From positions 10,788,001-10,852,000 of the forward strand of contig NC_086097.1 in NCBI RefSeq assembly GCF_963921235.1: a DNA stretch of 64,000 bases, read 5' to 3'. A program made the position numbers and the translations under genes. Position 1 is the first letter of the stretch. Each line of letters starts with the position of its first letter. A model generated the notes under the pieces. The model was not told where the DNA came from. It made no database searches and saw nothing but the letters and a program-made list of their open reading frames with translations. Shown piece after piece: positions 37,034 to 50,957 of the stretch. This DNA comes from Mobula hypostoma. Its lineage: Eukaryota.

Positions 37034-38715
37034 ACACTAATCTGCATTAAACACCATCTGCCATTTTTCAACCCAGTTTTCCAACTGGTCCAGATCCCAC
37101 AGCTGGCCCTGAATGCCTTCCTGGCTGTCAGCTCAAAATGTTGGAAAGTATATTATTTCATGGCTCATGAGATTTGTAGTGCATGATTTCCACTGTCTGA
37201 GACATAAAACAATTGAACTGTGCCATTGAATTTATAAGAGAACGAAGTCAGCTAACATCACCAGGCAAATCTGCCTCTTGGATTGTGCTCTAGCAATGGC
37301 TCTCCAGTGCCTAAATGTGCATGAATTAGTAATCTGGTAAATCGGTTTATTATGGTCACATGTACTGAGGTACAGTGGAAAACATGCATACCATCCATAA
37401 AGATCAAATCATCACCCAGGACGTGCCCTCTTCTCATTGCTACCATCAAGGAGGAGGTACAGGAGCCTGAAGACACACACTCAATGTTTTAGGAACAGCC
37501 TCTTCCCCTCTGCCATCAGAACTTCTGAATGGACAATGAATTTTAAAATTGTCCTCCTTCCATTGGTTACACTACTTAATAATTTAATTTATATAACAAA
37601 GAAATGTATCCAATGTACATCCTGAAATTCTTGTTATTCACAGACATCATGTCATATCAAAACATGAAATCCAGCTCTCCAGCACCGCATCTAATGCCTG
37701 GGGAGAGCGTAGGGATGAAGGGAGCTGTTGTGAGTAGTAGCCTTGTTGGGTTGGATACGATTATAGCAAGTTAGAGCAACACACACTAACAGCTGGAGAA
37801 CTGCTGAAATTCAGCAAGTCAGGCAGCATCAAGAAAGGGGAATAAACAGTAGATGTTTCAGGTCACGGCCCTTGGTCAGTACTTCATCAAAATTTCCAGC
37901 ATCTGCAGAATATTTTGTGATTGTAGCAAATTAGGGGATGCTGCATCAGTTAGAAAAGCACTGGAATATTCCAGCAGAGGCACAAGAGACAATAGACGAA
38001 AGAGGGGCAACTGAACATGATGAGGAAAAGCTACAGAAAGTTGCAAACACAGCCAGCTCCATCATGGGCACTGGCCTCGCCAGCATCCAGGACAGCTTCA
38101 AAAGACAATGCCTCAAAAAGGCAGCATTCATTATTATGGACCCCAAAATCCCAGGGCATGCCCTCTTCTCATTTCCTCCATCAGAGAGAAGGTACAGGAG
38201 CCTGAAGCCGCACATTTGTTGTTTTAGGAACAGCTTCTTCCCCACCACTATCAGATTTCTGAATGGGGAATGAATTGTACACTACCCCGCCTTTTTTTTC
38301 TCTTTTTTTGCACTACTTATTTCATTTAGTTTATATATACATATATATTCCTTATTGTAATTTATAGGTTTTTTATCATTATCTATTGTAATATACCGCT
38401 GCCACAAAACAACTAATTTCATGACATATGCCAGTGATTTTAAACTTGATTCCGTTTCTATTCTGTCAAAGCAGCAGTGAGCAAGTCAAGCAATACCAGA
38501 ATGTGCAGAATAAAGTGCTACAGTAGAGAGGAAGTGGAACACAGGCAGACAGTAAGGTGCACGTAATAAAGTGGCACAGAAAGGAACCTTTCCTAATGAG
38601 CAATCAAGCTGAAAGGGTGGCACTCATGTCAATGATGGCAACATCAAATTAAGTTGTCTGGAGCTGACAGTAAATGGCAGCAATGAAAGGCCATTAGAGG
38701 AGGCAGGTGATACCA

Positions 38716-38733
38716 CAGCGCCATCTAGTGTCA
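38716..38733 (-). promoter_or_regulatory. Candidate CTCF site
   Basis: Minus strand TGACACTAGATGGCGCTG is close to the CTCF core CCAC(C/T)AG(A/G)(G/T)GGCGC and lies in non-repeat sequence. Confidence 0.5.
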
Positions 38734-39054
38734 AGTCCCCATACAGCCTTACTTTCGATTCTAAATTTGATACTGCAAGAGAGCAATCACAAATATTCCG
38801 TGTTTTGACTGGACCAGAAAAGTGGAAGCTCTCAAAGTGGCAGTTTTTATCAGGGGTGTAAGTGGACATAAGTGAGAAATCCTAGGATTTTAATCATGGC
38901 ATGAAATAGTGCCGGAATTGACTCCGAATTCCGGAACACCCCAAGCTTCAATACTGTCACGATAAACACGGTGTTCTGCCATTGTACTTCTTGGCCTATC
39001 ATTTCCTTCCTTCTGAACATCTACCTTGTTGGAAAGAAGACAGAAAATATTGTT

Positions 39055-39575
39055 AACACAAGGGATCCTGTGAATGCTGGAAATCCAGAGCAACACAGGC
39101 AAAATGCTGGAGGAACTCAGCAGGTCAGACAGCATCAATAGAAATGAATAAACAGATGATGTTTCGGGCCAAGACCCTTCATCAGGACTAGAAATGTAGA
39201 GGGAAATCAGCAGAATAGAAAGGTGGGGGAAGGGAAAGGAGGATAGCTAGAAGCCAGGTGTGTGAGAAAGCTAAAGGGCTGGAGAAGAAGGAAACTGAAA
39301 GGAGAGGAGAGTAGACCGTGGAAGAAAAGGAAGATGGAGGGGCACCAGGGTGAGTTGATAGGCAGGAGAGGAGAAGAGGTAAAAGGCCAGAGGGGAGGGA
39401 GGGAATTGTTTTACTGGAAAGAGAAATCAATGTTCATGCTATCGGGTTAGAAGCTACCCAGACAGAATATGATGTGTTACTCTGCCATCCTAAGAATGGC
39501 AACAGTGGAGGCCATGGACCAACGTGACTGAATGGGAATAGGGATAAGAGATAGAATGGTTGGCCGCTGAGAAAT
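39055..39575 (-). mobile_element. Penelope-like 3' fragment with a hammerhead motif (about 39153-39189)
   Basis: Minus strand encodes HIIFCLGSF*PDSMNIDFS, then a C/T-rich tract and AGTC-CTGATGA-AGGGTCTTGGCCC-GAAA-CATC. Confidence 0.75.
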
Positions 39576-42500
39576 ATTGATCTTCTTTTCCAGTTCCTCA
39601 ATTTAACGTGCCAAAACTTAACTCAGGAGTTTTCCAAGCTCAGGCCTTTTCTCAATTTATCCAGGTCCTCTTCTATAAATCTCAGTGTGTTCCAGCCACG
39701 GTACAAACCTCCCTCAATGGACCAGTTACTAGGTTCCCTGCTCCCTTCAGCTATTGGCTGTACATTGAAAATAGTTCAGTTCTCAGATAGTTCCAACTGA
39801 ATTGATATAATGGTTTCGTCCATTTTAGGGGGAGAAATCACATTTATAAACCCCTGCTAAAGCATAATGCATTATTGGTCAAGAATTCAACTTCTCAGTG
39901 TCCTTTTAAGCTTGCCAATCTTCTCACATTTTGCAAGTATTTGGACAGGAACTTGGATAGGAAAGGACTAGAGGGAGACAGGCCTAGCACAGATAAATAG
40001 GATTGACATAAGTAGTAAACACAAGAGATTCTGCAGATGCTGGAAATCCAGGGTGGCATACACAAAATGCTGGAAGATCCTGGCAGGTCAGGCAGCATCT
40101 GTGGGAAGGAACAAAGAGCCGACATTCTGAGAATTGAACTGTCAGCTTTTATTCCTCTCCGTGGATGCTGCCTGACCTGCTAGGTTCCTCCAGCATTTTG
40201 TGTGCGTTACATTGGCGTATATAGGAATTGCCACCATCATGGAGGAGAAAATGGCCAAAGTACTATACTGCTCTGTGATTCTATGCCCCGTTGAGTTTCA
40301 TCAGAAACAGACAGTTAGTTGATCATGCAAAATAAAACAGAAAGTAATTGGATACAGCACAATAAGCAAAAACTATGGGAAGAGAAAACAAGCTCATCTC
40401 TGAGGTTACAGACTTTTGCAGGTTGGGGGAAAGTTAAGGGATAAGTTTTGAGATCTAGAGAAAGGTAGGAACAGAATGAAAAGTTTCTGATAGGGTGGAG
40501 GGCAAAAGAAATTGAGTCACGAGAGGGCCGATCGAGCAGGATGAAAGAGGATGATGATTAACAAAAGGTGTGTTTGAAGCAGATGGAAACAAATGAAGAC
40601 AAAATTGGGGCAACACAGTAGCATAGCGGTTAGTATAACAATATACAGTGCCAGCAACCTGAGTTCAATTCCCACCACTGTCTGTAATCAAATCAAATCA
40701 AGTTTAATTATCATCCAGACTACACATAGATATAGCTGAATAAAGCAGCGTTCCTCTGAGGCCAAGGCGGAAAACATTCAAGATAGCAAACAAACATTCA
40801 AAAATAGTGAGTAAAGAAACATATTCACTCAAAAAATATATATATAATCCAAGACCCTGAGCGACAATGTCTGGCAATCGATGGTACAGTGTACTGATGC
40901 ACACAATCCAGCCTGTCATTCCACCACTTAGACACAGGAGGGCAGTACCAATAGGAGAGGCCAGGCCCAGCCGAGATCAACCACACCGTAGCACTTCCGC
41001 TTTGCTCACCTGGTCTGCAGCAGCAGGCAAGCCTGAGGCTTAAGGCCTAGTTCTCGCTGCAACTAAGGCTATATAGCTCCCATCTAAAGAGGCTTTATGT
41101 TTTCCCTGTGACCATGTGGCTTTCCTCTGGGTGCCCTGGTTTCCTCCTACATTCCAAAAATGTACTGGTTAGTAGATTAATTAATCATATGGATGTAATT
41201 GGGCAGCATGGGCCCTTTGGGCCAGAAGAACCTGTTACTATTGTATTTTCCAAATAATAAAATCATTATCCAACATTAACAGCAGAGAATGGAAGAAAAT
41301 GAGAATGGTAGAAATATGAAATACTGACTAATGACTGAAATGGTTGAACTCAGGCGGACCTTACAGCTGTGAATAATCTTCATTCAGTATCCTCGCATAA
41401 GTAAGGTGTCACAAGAAAACAGTCAGAAGAAAGAAGCTTAATTCTCACCTCCTTTTGTTATGAATTCTGAAGCTAGGCTCAGCTTCATGTGGAATCAATT
41501 ATGAGGCAGGCCGGGAACCTGAAACAGGCTATTCCCGCTATGTAATTCAACAATACTTACTGCCTGTTATGCCACTGATGTTTAGGGCAGCAAAGAAGGT
41601 CTCCATCTCTGGCGCTGCTCAGGGATTCATTCACCATGTCAGTAGCTTCCTTTCGATTCTCAATACCATCAGTCAGGCAAGTCCTGGACAGAGACTCAGG
41701 AATACCATCGCATTCAGATGTAAAAAGATTCTTCATTACAGTTTCCATGACAATTTTATTTTACCGCTCAAGGTTGTTAGCCCTGAGCTGAACTCCTGAA
41801 TCTGCAGGGCTAGTGGGCCTCTTTTAGTCTGGCCTCTACTCTTAGACCTGTTTGGTATGAGTGACCCTCCCAAGAGCCAAAGCACAAGGCCCTGACTCCA
41901 GCCTGCATAGCTCTTCAGGTCATTGAGACATGCAAGCCTCCAAAACCAAGATTGTGGTCCTTTTGGAGGAATTCAACAATGCATTGAGTGATATCCTTTT
42001 GTACTGAGCTGTTGTTTCTTTTTAATATAATATCGAAACAGAACAGTACAACACAGGAAGAGGCCCATTGGCCCACAATATTGTACTGAACTAATTAATA
42101 TTTTAGATAACCTCTTTGGAAAGAAATCTAACGTATAATAGTTCTATAAATTCAGTGCAGACACATTAAAATTTTGTTTTTCTCTAAGAGGAGCATTTAA
42201 AATTAAGCTTGATCATTAGTCTCATACTATAAGAGCAATGTAACTATAATGTGCATTTGGGAGCATGGTGTGAATAAACTTTCAGTCGTTTTACCATATC
42301 ACTATTCCTCTCAAAGGGATGTAATAGTAAACTCTAGATTAAATCATTTCTCAGTAGGCAGAAACCTTCAAGTAATTAGAGCATATTTCAGAAAAAATGT
42401 AAGTTTCCTAAGGAGTCTAAATGAATAATATAAAACATCTTGAACTTATTGCTGCTGATCCAACAAATAGATGGGCTGGGAATTTCTTTGCAGTAACTAT

Positions 42501-44011
42501 CAACGTCTCTTACACAACACATAGTTTCTTTAAACTTTTGCTAAGTTCTTCAGTCTACTTTACTGAAAGAACAATTAGCTCATAGCGTTTTCAAAATCAA
42601 GAAAATGACGTGTTGATATATGTACTTAGTGCCCGTTATGCAGCTGGTGTTTAGGGCAGCAATGAAGGTCCTTCACCTCTGTCTGTCCTTGGCTATCTTC
42701 TCTGTCATGCTCTATGTGTGGTTCCGGGTCCTCATTTCTGTAGCCATACGAGTCCCGGGTGGAGACTCAGGAATATCATTGCACAAAGCTACAGAAGAAA
42801 TCTTCCTTACTGTTTCCGTAACAATTTTTTTTTGACTAGTCAGGGTTGTTAGCCCTGATCAGAAAACTTGAACCCAGAGGGCCGATGGAGCTCTTAGTCT
42901 GGCCTCTACCCTTTGACCTGTTTGGCATGGGTGACCCTACAAAGAGCTAAAGCATAAAGCCCCGACTCCAGCCAGCACAGCTCTCTGGGCCACTGAGGCA
43001 TGCAAACCTCCAAACCACAGCAAAGGTTGTGCTCCTCTTGGAGGGCATCGATATATATTTTTACATAACTTCAGGCATAACTTCAAGTGAAACACTTCTG
43101 AAGTTTTATAATAGAGGGCATGTGGAAGCTACCTTACATACATTAAAGCCCTTTAGCAGTGATAAAGTGAATACTCATCTGATTTTAAAGATTAGTTTTA
43201 TTTGTCACGTGTGCATCAAAACATTGAAACATACAGAGATACAGGTATGTGTCATTTGCATCAAAGACCAACACAGTCCATGGACGTGCTGGAAGCAGAC
43301 CATAAGTGTAACCTTGCATCCAGCACCAACATAGCATTCCTGTATTTTACTAACCTCTGACCAGTACATCTTTGGAATATGGGAGGCAACCAGAGCACCT
43401 GGTGGAGACCCATGTGATCATAGGGAGAACGTACAAACTCCCTAGCATTACCATTGGTCAAGACTCAGAGGAGTCCACGGTACCACGGTATCTTATGAAA
43501 CTATTTGAGATGATACCATTTATCTGTTTGGGAACCATGTTAGCACAGCAGTTAGAACGATGTTATTACAGCTTAGGCTGTTCCAGAGTTCAGATGTCAA
43601 TCCTGACGCAGTTCTGTAAAGAGTCTCTGTACGTCTTTCCTGTGGAATGCATGGATTTTCCTCAGGTCCTCCGGTTTCCTCCCACAGTCCAAAGATATAC
43701 CAGAGAGTCTCTTAATGGGCCATTTTAACTTGTCTCACGATTACGCTAAGGTTTGTTGGAGGTTGCTGAGGTGGTGTGGCTCAACAAGCTAGAAGAGCCT
43801 TCTGTGTGTGTGTATTGTTAAATAAATAAATAAGATTGTTGAGACCCAACAAAGAAAGAATGGTGCATAGTTCACATTAATCCTACATGGCGGCAGTCAT
43901 TTAATACTGCAGTAGAGACATAAGAACATAACAAATTAAATCTGAGGTGTTCATGTAGTCACTCACTCCTGTCCTGGGTATTCTTATTCCTTGTCCATTT
44001 TCTGGCTCAAG

Positions 44012-44473
44012 TTGCCTCAACCACAGATTCTGCTGCAGGGTCTACGTGCCCTCATGCCCTCACAGGTGGGCTGCACAACAGGTTTGACAATCGTGCTTGT
44101 GAGTATGCACATTTCAGCTAATTAGAGTTCATTATGACAGTATTAAATGCCCTTCTTTTTTTTCTAGTCTTGTCAAGACTTGACCAAAAGCGCAGCAACA
44201 TTTACTCTCCCTGCTTACCCTCATCCTTGTCCAGGAAGGAGGACTACCGTTTCGACTGATCCTGTCAATGAGCGGTATTCTTTAGTATTAGTTATTGCTT
44301 TCAGTCACAGTGTTGGTGTTAACTTTCAGTTCAAGAGTTTTAGTTAACAGCCCTGTTGGCCTTGTGTTTATTGTTTTCCTTTTCCTTTAAATTCTGCAAC
44401 AGTTCTCAATACCGTTGACCAGCTTCAGTGACTCTCTGTCTCCACACTTGGGCCATATCCAAATGTTTTGACA
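44012..44473. mobile_element. LTR-like repeat with an inverted, truncated second copy at about 49460-49828
   Basis: Shared blocks in opposite orientation (ctgctgcagg-tctacgtgc, gtgagtatgcac, cagctaattag, ccctgttggcc, ttttcctttaa). The second copy ends in TGTGACA. Confidence 0.6.
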
Positions 44474-44964
44474 CAAGGACTGATACTTTGAAATTCCTTG
44501 GTTCCATCCTCAACCGAAGACCTAAAGCCTTAGGAGTGTAAAAAGAATTCACGAAATGCTAATTGAAAAGTGAGGGTGCTGTCACAGAGACATGGTCACC
44601 ATTACTGCACCATCACACAATAAGCAAATGTCAATGGCACATCATGTTGATCATTGCTGCTGCTCAGACTGTGAAGGAAGCTGGAGGTTGAGCTGGTTTA
44701 GGGACTGGCCTCTCCCATCAGTGCTGCCCTCCAGTGTTCGCTTGGTGGAAGACAAGCAGGATCGCGTTCATCCACAGCTGAGCTAGTACGTGATGCGCAC
44801 AGCTACATACCTGTTCTTGTAGAAACATGGCTCCAATCAATCTACAGGCCATGACACTCAGGGACTTGGGCTACTTTCATTTTTTGGGGGGGACTCTATG
44901 GTTTTCTGCGGTAGTATCTGTGCTATATCTGCTCTGTGCTGGGTGAGACTCTAAGACTGTAAGA

Positions 44965-45155
44965 CAGGGGTCGGCAACCTTTTTGCCTCTGTGGGCCAAA
45001 TTGCGTATTAATGAGCAGATGGTTGGCCAGATAAATGCCATAAAAAACTTGAAATATGGGAATTATCCATTTAAATACATATAGTTATGTTTGGCCTCAA
45101 ATTAATGAATAACGCATGCTCGAAAATCATTTGTGCTTAAGGTTGCCTACCCCTG
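44965..45155. mobile_element. hAT-type MITE (191 bp)
   Basis: TIRs CAGGGGTCGGCAACCT and AGGTTGCCTACCCCTG; 8-bp TSD CTGTAAGA (44957-44964) / CCGTAAGA (45156-45163). Confidence 0.88.
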
Positions 45156-46204
45156 CCGTAAGACATAGGAGAAGAATTAGGCCATTCAGCACATCGAGTC
45201 TGCTCCACAACTTCACACTATGAAATTTGACTGTTGATACAGTGTTTTGCACCCTGGCCCAGGAGGAATGCTGTTTCGTTTCACTTTATTTATGTCTGAG
45301 GTTGAATGACAATTAACCTGAACTTGACAGACACTTATCTTAATCTTATATCTTAATTTTAATGAGCCAGTGTTAACAAATTGTTTCAGGTTTTTGTGTA
45401 GCTCTACATGAGATACAACACAACAAATCCCCAAAGTTCCCAACTTCCCTGTATCATTCCCTCTTCTGATTTCACTCATCACCTTCCTTTCAAATCAGAT
45501 TCAATCATCTGCAGACCTTTGCTCTCACCATTAATTGTTCCCCAGTCCACCCCTCCCTTTCTCACCTGGCTCTATCTGTCCTCCAAACCCACCCCAACGG
45601 GATACACTTGTCACCTACCAAGCCCTGTTTTTCCTCTTGCTCCATACCTCCTTATACAACCCATCTTCTCTTCTACTCTCAGTCCCAGTACAGGCCTAGC
45701 GTGATGCTATTACAGCAGAAGACATCGGATTTCAGAATTCATTTCTGGTGTCCTCTGGAAGAAAGTTTGAACATTCCTTCCCTGCGTGCATAGGGTTCCA
45801 GCCGCAGTCCAAAGACGTACCGTATAATTGGTCATTGTAAATTGTTCTGTGATAAGCCTAGGGCTAAGTCGGTGTGTTGCTGGATAGCACAGCTCAGTGG
45901 GCCAGAAGGGTCATTCCAGGCTGTATCTCTAAAATAAAAATATTGACTATCCCTTTGCCTGTATAGAAGATCCTTGACCCATTGAGTTCCTCCAGCAAGT
46001 TGGCTCTTTGATTGCTCTTGATTGCAGCTTGTGCTACCCCCTGTGTCTCTGTGAACAGACAATTTATGAAACAAATGAACATGCAAATATCGGTCTTGCT
46101 GGATAAAAAAAAAATATTCTCTACCTATAAGAAAGATGTCAAAAAGATTTGAAAGACTGCAGAGAAAATTTACAAGGATATTGCCTGGACTTCAGGACCT
46201 GTTA

Positions 46205-47972
46205 GTAGAAATAAAGGTGCAGCCTATTTTCTAAACAGGGAGAAAGTCCAAAGATCTGAGATGCAAAGGGACATGGAATTCTATGTGCAGAACACCCTAA
46301 AGGTTAACTTGCAGGTTGAGTCAGTGGTGAGGAAGGCAAGTGCAATGTTAGCATTCATTTCAAGAGGTCTAGAAATGATTCACAGGGATGTGATGCTGAG
46401 GCTTTATAAGGCACTAGTGAGGCCTTACCTTGAGTATTGTGAACAGTTTTGGGCTCCTCATCTTAGAAGAGATGTGCTGGCATTGGGGAGGGTCCAGAGG
46501 AGGTTCACAAGGATGATTCTAGGAATGAAATGGTTCTAGGATCGTTTGATGGCTCTGGGTCTGTACTCACTGGAATTTGCAAGGAAGAAGGGGGATCTCA
46601 TTGAAACTTTTCGAATGTTGAAAGGCCTAGACAGAGTAGATGTGGTAAGGATGTTTCCCAGGGTGGGAGAGTCTAGGACAAGAGGGCACAGCCTCAGGAT
46701 AGAGGGGCGTCCATTCAAAACAGAGATGCAGAGAAATTTCTTTAGCCAGAGGGTGGTGAAGTTTTGGAATTTGCTGCCCAATGCAGCTGTGGACCTGTAG
46801 AGGTCGTTGAGTGTATTTAAAGCAGAGATTGATAGGTTCTTGATTGGACATGGCATCAAAGGTTATGGGGAGAAGGCTAGGAAATGGGGTTGGGGAGGAG
46901 AGAAAAAAGGATCAGCCATTAACAACACACATCAAAGTTGCTGGTGAACGCAGCAGGCCAGGCAGCATCTCTAGGAAGAGGTACAGTCGACTGTACCTCT
47001 TCCTAGAGATTCTGCCTGGCCTGCTGCGTTCACCAGCAACTTTGATGTGTGTTGCTTGAATTTCCAGCATCTACAGAATTCCTGTTGTCAGCCATTAATA
47101 AGTGGCCTAATTCTACTCCTATGTTTTATGGTCTTATGGTCCATTGAGGAAGCAGGGAAACAGCCAAAGGACTTAGATAAATTAGGAGAATGGACAAAGA
47201 AACGGCAGATGGAATACAGTGTCAGGAATTGTATGGTCATGCATTTTGGTAGAAAGAATTAAGGCATCAACTATTTTCTAAATGGAGAAAAATATCAAAA
47301 CTCTGAGGTGCAAAGGGACTTGGGAGTCCTCATGCAGGGTCCCTAAAGGATAATTTGCAGTTTGAGTCAGTGGTGAGGAAGGTAAATGCTATGTTAGCAC
47401 TCACTTTGAGAGGATTAAAATATTAAAACGAGGATGTAATGCTGAGGCTTTATAAAACACCGGTGAAACCTCACTTGGAGTATTGTGAGCTGTTCTGAGC
47501 CCTTATCAAAGAAAAGATTTGCTGGCATTGGAGAGGGTTCAAAGGACATTCTCGAAAATGATTCCCGGATTGAAAGGTTTATATGAGGAGCATTTGATGG
47601 TTCTGGGCCTCTACTGACTGGGGTTTAGAAGAAAAAGGGGGATCTTACTGAAACCTATCAAATGCTGTAAGGCCTAGATAGAATGGATGCGGAGAGGATA
47701 CTTCCTCTAGTGGGGGAGTCTAGGACCAGTGCATACAGAGTCAGAATAGAGGGATATTCATTTAGAACAGAGATGAGGAGGATTTCTTTAGTCAGAGGCT
47801 GGTGAATCTGTGGGATTCGTGATTGTGGAGACCACCATTGAGAGTAAGTCAGGGCATGGAGAAGGCAGGAGAATGGGGTTGAGAGGGACGTGAATCGGCC
47901 ATGATCAAATGGCAGAGCAGACTCGATGAGCTGAATGATTTAATTCTGCTCCAATGTCTTATGGTCTTGTGG
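46205..47972 (+). mobile_element. Two tandem degraded CR1 3' fragments (about 46205-47140 and 47145-47972)
   Basis: LVRPYLEYCEQFWAP and RNFFSQRVV motifs; two separate tcttatgg tails. Confidence 0.85.
46923..47087. mobile_element. Palindromic Penelope pseudo-LTR remnant with an 11-bp TSD
   Basis: 66-bp arms at 46923-46988 and 46989-47054 with one mismatch; TCAGCCATTAA at 46912-46922 and 47088-47098. Confidence 0.85.
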
Positions 47973-50575
47973 TTACATCAGTCAGTTGTACTGTGCCTCC
48001 AGAATTGATTCCATTCCCTTCAATGTACTTGAACTTCTGAACCTGATGTGGCACTTTTATATTTCACGTTTATTGCTACCAACTAGGGATGAAGTGCTAG
48101 GTAAAAGAACCTGAAGAGCATAGCTGATGAATTTTTAAAACCAGGAGACTGACTTGTTGTCATCTTGAATTCTATCCAAAGATAAAGCAACAATTCTTCT
48201 TTCATTATCATTATCTATGAATTAGTCTAATTTTAATATTGTCACAAGTCATCCAGGTCATTCAAACATTCATAATAACGAAGAAATCCTTTGCATTTTG
48301 AGAATGTTATTCAGGAAAGTATATCATCGACACATGATGGAATATTTTCCGAGTGTGATCACATTTGCAGCATCTTCGCTCTTCCAGTAAGATTGTAGTT
48401 AAGTATCTGTACTCTGACACTACAGAAGGAACTTGCAAATATTTATTTGATGAATAATATTCTTCAGAGTAGAATATGAATTTAAATACCTTAATTTTGT
48501 GTAAGATGATGAATTTACCAATTAGCCGCTGTAGTGGAATTTATGCCATAATAGATTTTGTCAATTCTCAGTCTATTCAAATTCAATGTGAAAGTAGATT
48601 GAACCACCTCTACGCATAATCCAAAATAAATGAGCAAATTTAATCATAATTTTTGCATAATTTTAAAAAACATTCTTGGCAGTAAGTTCTGGAACAGCAT
48701 TTTGTTCCCAATCTGCTCAGCCAGTTGACACTTTCATTGCGCACTTTAATACAGTATATGATAAAGTAGGTCATATAAACTTCCAAGATTAATCTACACC
48801 ATGCAAGAATGATTAAGGTTAAAAGATGGGCATAATTAATTGGCCCTTTGTTGCATGGGGATTCAAGAATATTGAACAAGCAGCTCCCTCTGACAGCTGT
48901 TATTATTAATCGACCTCACTGACAGCAGCACACAAATTAAGCAACTGGTTTGGCCTAAACCTACCATTTTTTAAGCGTTTGAAGTAATTTATAAAGCCAG
49001 AATGATGTTCTGCAAGCTGTTAAAATATTGTGGAGCATCGTTCTTTCCTCACAGATGTGAACATTTAATCAGGTCGATAAGGTGGTTGAGAACGCTTACT
49101 TTTATTAGTCAAGGCATTGAGTTCAAAAGTCAAGAGGTTATGTTGCAACTTTATAAAACTCTGGTTAGGCCACATCTGGAGTATTGTGTACAGTTCTGGT
49201 CACCCTCCATAGGAAGGATGTTGCGAGGCCAGTTGTAATATTGTCACAAATCGTCCAGGTCATTCAAACTTCCATCATAAAGAAGAAATCCTTGCATTTT
49301 GAGAATATTGTTCAGGAAGTCAGTATGACCGGCACATGTTGAAATACTTCTAGAGTGTGATCACATTTGCAGTGTCTTCCTTCTTCCAGTAAGATTGTAG
49401 TAAGTGTCTGTACTCTGATACTGCTGAAAGAACTTGCAAATATCTATTTGATGAATAGAATTGTTACAGATATTAAAGGAAAAGAAAAACAATAAACACT
49501 GGGCCAACAGGGCCGTTAACTAAACTCTCAAACTGAAAGTTGAATGCCAATACTGTGGCAGGAACCAATAACTAAATATTAAATGATTACCACTCCTTGA
49601 CAGCGTCAGTCGAAACAGTAGTCTACTTTCCCAGACAAGGACAGGAGTCAGCAGGGAGCGTGAATGTTGTTGTGCTTTTAGTCAAGCCTCAACAAGACTA
49701 GAATGAAAAGAAGGGGGTTAAATGCCACCATAATGGAATACTAATTAGCTGGAACGTGCATACTCACGACTGCCATTGCCAAATCTGTTCTGCACGTAGA
49801 TCCTGCAGCACAGTCCATGGTTGTGACAGGAAAGAGTTAAAGGGATATAGGCCAAATTCCGGCAAACGGCTTTGTGGGTACGGACAAGTTGGGCCAGAAA
49901 GCCTCTTTCTACGTTATGTACACTAACTCTATGGCTAAACTGAAAGTGTTAACCCACAAACATGCATTGTAACACCACCAGCCAGATATGATGTGGTTTT
50001 CTTGTCTTATTGCAACTGGCACTCAAATTTTACAAATTCCATTATATGCCATTATATTTGATTGCCAGATATCTGAATCTAATAAAACTACTCTCTCTCA
50101 CTCTTCCTTTAATCATGATGTTCCTTTCTGAGACTATAACAAAAGCACATCAAACACAGTGCATATCCCTGCTGGGCTTCAGTTCCGCTTTTATTGTTTT
50201 TTTATAAGTGAAGAAAAGTGCTATAGAATTTTAGTGCATTTACAATCGTATACATGTCCTGTATATGTTGCAGAAAGCTTAAAAACTTTTCAGATTGTGA
50301 TATTACATGGGACAGAGCAATTGCTTTAATAGAGAGCCTCTCAGTTGTTTGGAAATGTGAGCTTGTGTAACAATGTATTTTTATTGGACTCCCTTCTTTT
50401 TTGATTTGAAAGACGGCCACTCATTTACCCATGAATTATATAACAGCAGAGGTTGATAGATTCTTGATTAGTCAGGGTATGATGGGATATGGGGGATGGC
50501 AGGAGATTGGGGCTGAGAGGGATAATGAATCAGCCATGATCAAATGGTGAAAAAGACTTACAATAGATTACTATT

Positions 50576-50957
50576 AGGCAACACACACAAAACGCTGGAG
50601 GAACTCAGCAGGCCAGGCAACATCTATGGAAAAAAGTACAGTCAATGTTTCGGGCCGAAACCCTTCAGCAGGATGGAGGAAAAAAGCTGAGGAGTAGATT
50701 AAAAAGGTGGTGGGGTGGGCAGCAAGGGGAGAGAGAACCACCAGGTGATAGGTGAAACCTGGAGGGGGGTGGGGATGAAGTAAAGAGTTGGGGAGTTCAT
50801 AGGTGAGATGATTTCTCCAGTCCTGCCAAAGGGTATAGGCCCAAAACGCCAACCGTACTTTTTCCCACAGATGCTGCCTGGCCTGTTGAATTCCTTCAGA
50901 ATTTTGTGTGTGTTGCTTGGATTTCCAGCATCTACAGATTTTCTCTTGTTTGTGAAC
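50576..50957. mobile_element. Penelope remnant with inverted pseudo-LTRs and an 11-bp TSD
   Basis: Opposed tails, each with a degenerate hammerhead (about 50639-50675 on -, 50818-50855 on +); AGATTACTATT at 50565-50575 and 50958-50968. Confidence 0.8.

Noticed and set aside
44012..49828. Two LTR-like copies as the ends of one 5.8-kb element
   Set aside because: They are inverted, diverged and unequal in length, with no TSD or internal gag/pol or transposase; more likely independent insertions.
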